Positions 39,041-45,763 of a DNA stretch of 45,763 bases are shown one piece after another. Where the stretch lies: positions 1-45,763 of the forward strand of contig NW_021834680.1 in assembly GCF_006345805.1 (NCBI RefSeq), given 5' to 3'. How positions within the stretch are numbered: position 1 is the first letter of the stretch; every line of letters begins with the position of its first letter. Below the pieces are notes generated by a model, which worked only from the letters and a program-made list of their open reading frames with translations, made no database searches and was not told the DNA's origin. This DNA is from Octopus sinensis. Its lineage: Eukaryota. Position numbers and translations under genes: made by a program.

Positions 39041-39083
<43 letters not shown>

Positions 39084-39303
39084 TACATCTGTGTGCGTGT
39101 GTGTGTCAATAAAGCACTGTTTTAAACGAATTTGGTTAACTATACCCAATAATCAGACAACAATAAATCCAAGTAGAATACGTATTAAAAGTAGTTCCTC
39201 TTGTATGGCAAACAGAACAAAATATCATTTAGGAGAATTTCGAAAAATTCAGAGTAATAGAGAACAAAAGCATGTATAGAGAAAATCCTTAATATGTACA
39301 TAT

Positions 39304-39690
39304 AGGCGCATGAGTGGTTGTGTGGTAAGTAGCTTGTTATTAACCACATGGCTCCAGATTCAGTCCCGCTATGTGGCACGTTGGGCAAGTGTCTTCTACA
39401 ATAGCCTGGGACCGACCAAAGCCTTATGAGTGGATTTGGTAGACGGAAACTGAAAGAAGCCCGTCGTATGTGTGTGTGTGTGTGTGTGTTTGTGTGTCTG
39501 TATTTATCCTCCCAACATCGACTGACAACCGATGCTGGTATGTTTACGTCCCCGTAATTAAAGCGGTTCGGCAAAAGAAACCGATAGAATAAGTACTAGG
39601 CTTACAAAGAATAAGTTCTGGGGTCGATTTGCTCGACTAAAGGCGGTGCTGCAGCATGGCTGCAGTCAAATGACTGAAGCAAGAATGGAA
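39304..39690 (+). mobile_element. SINE family B, full-length
   Basis: AGGCGCATGAGTGGTTGTGTGGTAAG...GATTCAGTCCC...TTGGGCAAGTGTCTTC...GTCAAATGACTGAAG. Confidence 0.9.
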
Positions 39691-39721
39691 GAATTTGTAT
39701 ATTTTATATTTTATCTATTAT

Positions 39722-39936
39722 CCTTTACTTGTTTCAGCCATTAGACTGCGGCTCTGTTAAGGCACCGCCTGAAGGGTTTTAGTCGAAAAATCGACCTCAT
39801 TACTTACTTTTAAAAGCCTATTCTCTAGGTTTCTTTTGTCAAACTGCTACATTACAGGGACGTAAACATACTAACACTGGTTGTCAAGCGGCTGTGGGGA
39901 CAAACACAGACACAACGACACACTATCATTGATATC

Positions 39937-39976
<40 letters not shown>

Positions 39977-40133
39977 GACAGGTTTCTTCCAGTTTTCGTC
40001 TACCGAATCCACTCACAAGGTTTTGGACGACCCGAGGCTATAGTAGAAGACACTCGCCCAAGGTGCTACACAGTGGATTTGAACTCGGATCCATTTGGTT
40101 GGGAAACAAGCTTCTTGTCACACGGTCACGCTC
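39722..40133 (-). mobile_element. SINE family B, tail-to-tail with the preceding copy
   Basis: Reverse-complement family B motifs. Confidence 0.8.
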
Positions 40134-41151
40134 CTATATACTTGTGTATTTACTTTGCATATATGTTGCGTATACAAACATACATACATACATACATACA
40201 TACATACAGACAGACATATATACGTACGTATTAATGTGTATATGTATGAATGTGTATATATATATATATATGTGTGTGTGTGTATGTGTGTGTGTGTGTG
40301 TGTGTGTGTTACATAAGCACGCAATAAATACACAAGTAACATATAATATTAAACCGTTATCCCCAACGGATAAATTTGCTTACTAACTCGGTATATTCAG
40401 GTTTTCACAACACATGGCTTCCTATCTATAATAATCTGAAAACCTAAGCCTTCCCTAGAGGAACTACAATTAGAGACTGGGTAAGAAGAATCCATGTTAA
40501 GGTACAACTCGTATCCATAGGATAGAGTATTTGTTGCGATCACGTAAAAGAAAAATAATCTTATTCCCTTAGTATATCCGATCTAATTTTTGTTTTTACA
40601 ATATTTAGAACATCTATTTACAAATGAATAAAATCTTTCTCAGATACAGATAAAGTGTAATAACCAGAGGACAAATTTTGCTTCGATTTTCTATTTATCT
40701 TTTTGATTATTTATTTTTCAAGAAAGCAACCTATGTCATTAAGAAATCATCATTCCTTACATATCGATGTTTTTCTGAACTTGCCAGTTGTATATCACAT
40801 GCGCCCACACCCACCTGATTTACCCGCTTTTCCTTCTCTAATCATCCACAATGTGTATCACTCACAAAACCCCGTGGCAAACACTTCACCCAACCCTCTA
40901 TTCTGTAACTCAACGCTCTAGATCTAGCCCTGCCCAGATCTTCCCTTCAGCCATCAACCCACAGATCATCCCAATAAACATCAACAAGATCGATCATAAC
41001 ATATTCGAATGTCATGAGTGAAATCCATCATGCCTGCATTAAAACTTAAAAGTATATTCACCCTCATATTATTTGCACCCAGGTTACTGAAAATAGGTTT
41101 AAGACTATTTAACATGAAATAATAAAACTCAGAGTTATAAACAGTAGCTAC

Positions 41152-41253
41152 AACACATCGTGACGTATATTTGCCATTTAAATATGGCTAACCCCTAAGG
41201 GTGGATTTAGGAGTTAGCCATATTTAAATGGCAAATATACGTCACGATGTGTT
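41152..41253. repeat. Palindrome with 41-bp perfect arms
   Basis: AACACATCGTGACGTATATTTGCCATTTAAATATGGCTAAC (41152-41192) and its exact reverse complement (41213-41253). Confidence 0.95.
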
Positions 41254-41656
41254 ATTTAACATGAATCATCAATAAAGGAGTTGTTGTTCGTTCATGCTAG
41301 GTTGGAATATGGAGATCTGTGTACACGAGTTCTGAAAATACTCCATGTGTGTCGTCGTCGGGGTTTACTCGTATCCGAGTAGTTGATTTGTAGCTTGTGA
41401 TTGAACCTCTTCACCTTGAAGGGTGCAAAGGGTGCCGGTGTCTGAAGTGGTTGTTCAAGCCGAAGGGCTCTATAAAAGAGCGGGGGCTTTTTTCGCAGGG
41501 GAGAAAAGAAACAGCAAATTTTATCAAAACATATTAAGCAACACCAATAATAAATAAAAAAACATAAGAATAAATAAGCTTTTGATGGTTTTATAGATAT
41601 TTCAAAATCATGATGCTATCATGCTAGGTGTTTCATTATTTTGTCCAACCCTTGTA

Positions 41657-41760
<104 letters not shown>

Positions 41761-42155
41761 AACCTATGTATGTATGTATGTATATCACTACTGGGCAGAG
41801 AACAATCACCACTTAATGACCGATATTCATCTTGCAAACGGTTGATCGAATGTATGCTCTTTGGTTCGTTAATTTGTTTTTCCCTTCAGAGTACTGTTTT
41901 CCTGTTTATATTGTTAAATACGTCGTAGATCTGCATTGTTCTAGAAGTAGTTTAACCGGTACTTAGTTTATCGATTCCGAAGGGATAAGGATAAAAAAGC
42001 AAAAAAAAAAGAATTTGAAACTAGAACGTAAAGACGGACGAATTATGAGCTGCACAAAAGAGCGAAGTACAGATACGTGACAAAAAAAAAAAAAAATAGA
42101 AAGATGTTGTCTTATGTATGGAGCTCACTATCTAAAAGATGATATTAACTGCTTA

Positions 42156-42541
42156 GTGGAGGCGCAATGGCCCAGTGGTTAGGGCAGCGGCCTCGCGGTC
42201 GTAGGATCGCGGTTTCGATTCCCAGACCGGGCGTTGTGAGTGTTTATTGAGCGAAAACACCTAAAAGCTCCACGAGGCTCCGGCAGGGGATGGTGGTGAT
42301 CCCTGCTGTACTCTTTCACCACAACTTTCTCTTACTTCCTGTTTCTGTTGTACCTGTATTTCAAAGGGCCGGCCTTGTCACTCTCTGTTTCACGCTGAAT
42401 ATCCCCGAGAACTACGTTAAGGGTACACGTGTCTGTGGAGTGCTCAGCCACTTACACGTTAATTTCACGAGCAGGCTGTTCCGTTGATCGGATCAACCGG
42501 AACCCTCGTCGTCGGAACCGACGGAGTGCTTCCATCCAGCC
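42156..42541 (+). mobile_element. Full-length tRNA(Arg)-related SINE, family C variant 2 (possibly octopus OR-type), with TSD
   Basis: A box TGGCCCAGTGG, TCG at the anticodon-equivalent position, B-box-like GGTTTCGATTCC; perfect 12-bp TSD ATTAACTGCTTA at 42144-42155 and 42542-42553. Confidence 0.9.
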
Positions 42542-42654
42542 ATTAACTGCTTAACATTTTGTCTGGTGTGCTAACGATTCTACCTTGAAGGGTTTCGTTG
42601 AAACAAATCGACTTATCCACTACACCGACATTTCTGGTCTTGAATCAAAATTTG

Positions 42655-42685
<31 letters not shown>

Positions 42686-42696
42686 TATTATTATTC

Positions 42697-42882
42697 TGGC
42701 AGAATTATTAGTACACCAGACAAAATGCTTAATGGCATTTCTTATGGCACAGTGTTCTGAGTTCAAATTGTTTTTCATCCTTTCGGGATCGATAAATTAA
42801 GTACCGGTTGAGTACTGGTGTCGATGTAATCGACTTAACCCTTCCCCCAAAATATCAGGCCTTGTGCCTATAGTAGAAAGGA
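42697..42882 (+). mobile_element. SINE family A
   Basis: CTGGCAGAATTATTAG...GAGTTCAAAT...TTTCATCCTTTCGGGATCGATAAATTAAGTACC...GTCGATGTAATCGACTT. Confidence 0.8.
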
Positions 42883-43065
42883 TTATTATTATCATTGTTC
42901 AACATTTGGTAGTTTCAGGCAAATTTTGACCTCATCACCTGCTACACCTCCGTGTTACTAGGGTGTATGCAGCATTATGTGTTCTTGTTTGCTGTAGGAG
43001 GAATTATTTCTATTATTATTATTATTATCATCATCATCATTATTATTATTATTATTATTATTATT

Positions 43066-43615
43066 GAGTGAGAGAGCAGTGCATGCCATCAAAGTGACAC
43101 TGGCGTAAAATATACGAAACGCAGTATACCCATCATGACTACCCGTCTGATAAGGGTACAGCAGGCACATGCATCACAACCATATGTGCGCGACATGGTG
43201 ATCTTATATCAAGATAAACAGCACATGACCTTGAAGGTGGGACCCAGTTAGAATTTTCTTCTGGTCGAGTAACCCATCCTGCTCAAAAGGTCCCTGAATA
43301 AGGGTTGTTTAAGGATGATGAACAAAATACCCATGTTTCCAGAGGTGAATTATTCAAACACCACAGAATCCCTCTCAACACATGGGTATGATGCTCCCCC
43401 ACTGCTTCTGCTCGTGATCAGAGATGCACACATCGTCAGCCACTAAGGGACATGCTCAACTGGTTACGGTCAACTGACAAGCAAATCTGTGGTATTGAGC
43501 AGAATATTTGCCGTAGCCCATCTTTTATACCAAGACAAAACAATGTACATGATAACACTTCCAATCAGTTAAGATCAGAAGCCATGAGAGCCACTGCCTG
43601 GTACTGCATCAGGGC

Positions 43616-43616
<1 letters not shown>
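43066..43616 (-). mobile_element. Family D element embedded in (TAA)n, longer copy (~550 bp)
   Basis: Homologous to 22170-22655 plus 68 extra bp; (TTA)n on both flanks. Confidence 0.8.
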
Positions 43617-43673
<57 letters not shown>

Positions 43674-43919
43674 GTTGTTGTTGTTGCTGTTGTTATTGTT
43701 ATTTTTATTATTATTGAATTCATGTTATGTTTGTTCTTACTGGTGTTACTCCTGCTGCTCTTGCTACTCCTTCCTATTCTTCTCCATACTCGTCCTGCTA
43801 CTGTTGTTGATTGATGTTATGTAATGGTTTGCTGCTTCGATTTCTTTTTTAAAAAAAGTTTTTCATTGTTTCAATCTGAAACACATCTTTTGTTGCTGTT
43901 GTTCGTATCGCTATTAATG

Positions 43920-44287
43920 TTTCTTCTTCTTCTTCTTCTTCTTCTTCTTCTTCTTCTTCTTCTTCTTCTTCTTCTTCTTCTTTTTCTTCTTCTTTTTCTT
44001 TTTCTTCTTCTTCTTCTTCTTCTTCTTTTTCTTCTTCTTTTTCTTTTTCTTCTTCTTTTTCTTCTTCTTTTTCTCCTCCTCTCCTCCTCCTCCTCCTCCT
44101 CCTCCTCCTTCTTCTTCTTCTTCTTCTTCTTCTTCTCTTTCTCCTTCTCCTTCTTCTTCTCCTTCTTCCTCTCCTTCTTCTTCTCCTTCTTCTTCTCCTT
44201 CTTCTTCTTCTTTTTCTCCTCCTCCTCCTCCTCTTCCTCCTCTTCCTCCTCTTCCTCCTCCTTCTTCTTCTTCTTCTTTTCTCCTTC
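43920..44287. repeat. ~368-bp pure polypyrimidine (CTT/CCT)n tract
   Basis: Only C and T on the + strand. Confidence 0.95.
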
Positions 44288-44593
44288 ATGCTATTGCTTT
44301 TGTTACATTTCATGATATTCTATTTAGTTTATTTGCCTTTGTTTCCGTTGTTATTCGAGTTAACATTTTACTGCTGATATTCCTACATGTGTTGTTGCTG
44401 TAATTAATGCCGTTGTCGTTTGGGCTACGCATCATTTATGATTGCTGTCTTTGTCATTTCGGAAGAGGAGCCAGGCAGAATGCCTTGTGGTAGATATTTA
44501 GTAACATCTCTCTGTGTTTTGTATTCAAGCCCTGCCAATATCAGTTTTTTTTGCTTCTTATGCCTGCAGTCGATAAAATAAATGTAGCAATCA

Positions 44594-44989
44594 GGCTGTG
44601 TGGTAAGTAGCTTGCTTACGAACCACATGGTTCCGGGTTCAGTTCCACTGCGTGGCACCTTGGGCAAGTGTCTTCTACTATAGCCTCGGGCCAACCAAAG
44701 CCTTGTGAGTGGATTTGGTAGACGGAAACTGAAAGAAGCCCATCGTTTATATGTATATATATATATATGTGTGTGGTGTATGTTTGTGTGTTGTGTTTAT
44801 CCCTCCCTAACATCGCTTGACAACCGATGCTGGTGTGTTTACGTCCCTGTAACTTAGCTGTTCGGCAAAAGAGACTGATAGAATAAGTACTAGGCTTACA
44901 AAGAATAAGTCCTGGGGTCGATTTGCTCTACTAAAGGCGGTGCTCCAGCATGGCCACAGTCAAATGACTGAAACAAGTAAATGAGTAAA
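44594..44989 (+). mobile_element. SINE family B, near full-length
   Basis: Complete head-to-tail family B motifs ending GAAACAAGTAAATGAGTAAA. Confidence 0.9.
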
Positions 44990-45249
44990 TCACTTGGTGT
45001 CATTTTAATCAAACATAATCTTTGTGTTCACATGCATAGCTCTGTAATTTTTTTTAGTGCAGGCACATGGCCGGCAATATTGGAGAGGAGAGATTAGTTG
45101 ATTACAAAGTTGAAATCGGCGAGTTTTGGACTCAGAATGAAAAGAGGTGGAAGAAATACAGCAAAGCCATTTTGCAAATATAAACTTTATTGAATCATAA
45201 TTTATCTCCAAGGAAACAAAGAAGCAGAGAAAAATGGGAGCGTTTTAAG

Positions 45250-45570
45250 CACCTGAGGTTGGAAGGGAGCGGGCAATGGGTCACAAACCTCAGAACAAAT
45301 GGTGTGTAAATCCAGATATCATCGCCCGTAACGCAGAAGAGAGAAAACTAAATAAATTACATGGGCCAGACCGGCCGCTGTCAGTTTGTGCTGGTGACTG
45401 GCGAGTCCCCAGGTAGTCTCGGACTCTGCTCTACCGATTTCCTCCGCAAAATCAGATAAACAGCGGCCCATCTGAGAAATGAGCCCCACGAGGCGGCGCA
45501 GTTGCTGTAGCGAGAATCGTTTGCCATTCTCTGCGGCGCCGCAATCGCGGTTATAACCGCGGGGCGCAAG
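45250..45570. other. CpG/GC-rich unique island with nested inverted repeats and a CTCF-like motif
   Basis: GC-rich against an AT-rich background; CCACGAGGCGGCGC at 45486-45499; several stems. Confidence 0.4.
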
Positions 45571-45612
45571 ATATTTTGTTCGTGGCTTTAACGATTCAGC
45601 TATTCCACACTC

Positions 45613-45650
45613 TAGTAGTAGTAGTAGTAGTAGTAGTAGTAATAATAATG

Positions 45651-45712
<62 letters not shown>
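45613..45712. repeat. (TAG)n/(TAA)n microsatellite
   Basis: Direct reading. Confidence 0.95.
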
Positions 45713-45763
45713 TTTCTAAATTTGAAAATTTTGAAAAAATTGAAAAAAATTAATAATGACGAT

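Noticed and set aside
41188-41198. CTAACCCCTAA resembling a telomerase RNA template
   Set aside because: It has an extra C relative to the TTAGGG template, lies in a palindrome, and shows no other telomerase RNA features.
42161-42233. tRNA-Arg(TCG)-like sequence
   Set aside because: The acceptor stem does not pair, and it continues into a SINE body with a TSD, so it is a SINE head rather than a tRNA gene.
45361-45570. HDV-like ribozyme, RNase P/MRP or 7SK identity for the GC-rich island
   Set aside because: Could not build the nested double pseudoknot or find the conserved signature regions by eye.

Overview
AT-rich, microsatellite-dense eukaryotic DNA that looks intronic or intergenic. Its SINE families resemble those of octopus/cephalopods, but that assignment is an inference. 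No intact protein-coding gene is supported, and almost all ORFs in the track are translations of simple repeats. The window holds three tRNA-derived SINE families (about 20 copies), two CR1/L2-group LINE 3' fragments, a probable RTE 3' fragment, hAT- and piggyBac-like MITEs, a non-autonomous Helitron, two long-inverted-repeat elements, and two copies of a non-coding element embedded in (TAA)n. It also holds a decayed Penelope-like ORF next to an inverted pair of termini with a minimal hammerhead motif. The most interesting feature is a complete type I hammerhead ribozyme motif at 38495-38600 with an unusually long, structured stem II extension. It lies in a ~460-bp hairpin-rich unit inserted in (TA)n, and a near-perfect ~208-bp upstream inverted duplication is antisense to the ribozyme's whole 3' half. 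Also noted are a candidate minus-strand promoter and first exon (~10.7-11.2 kb) and a CpG-rich, structured island with a CTCF-like motif (~45.25-45.57 kb). All alignments were done by eye, and boundaries of old repeats are approximate.
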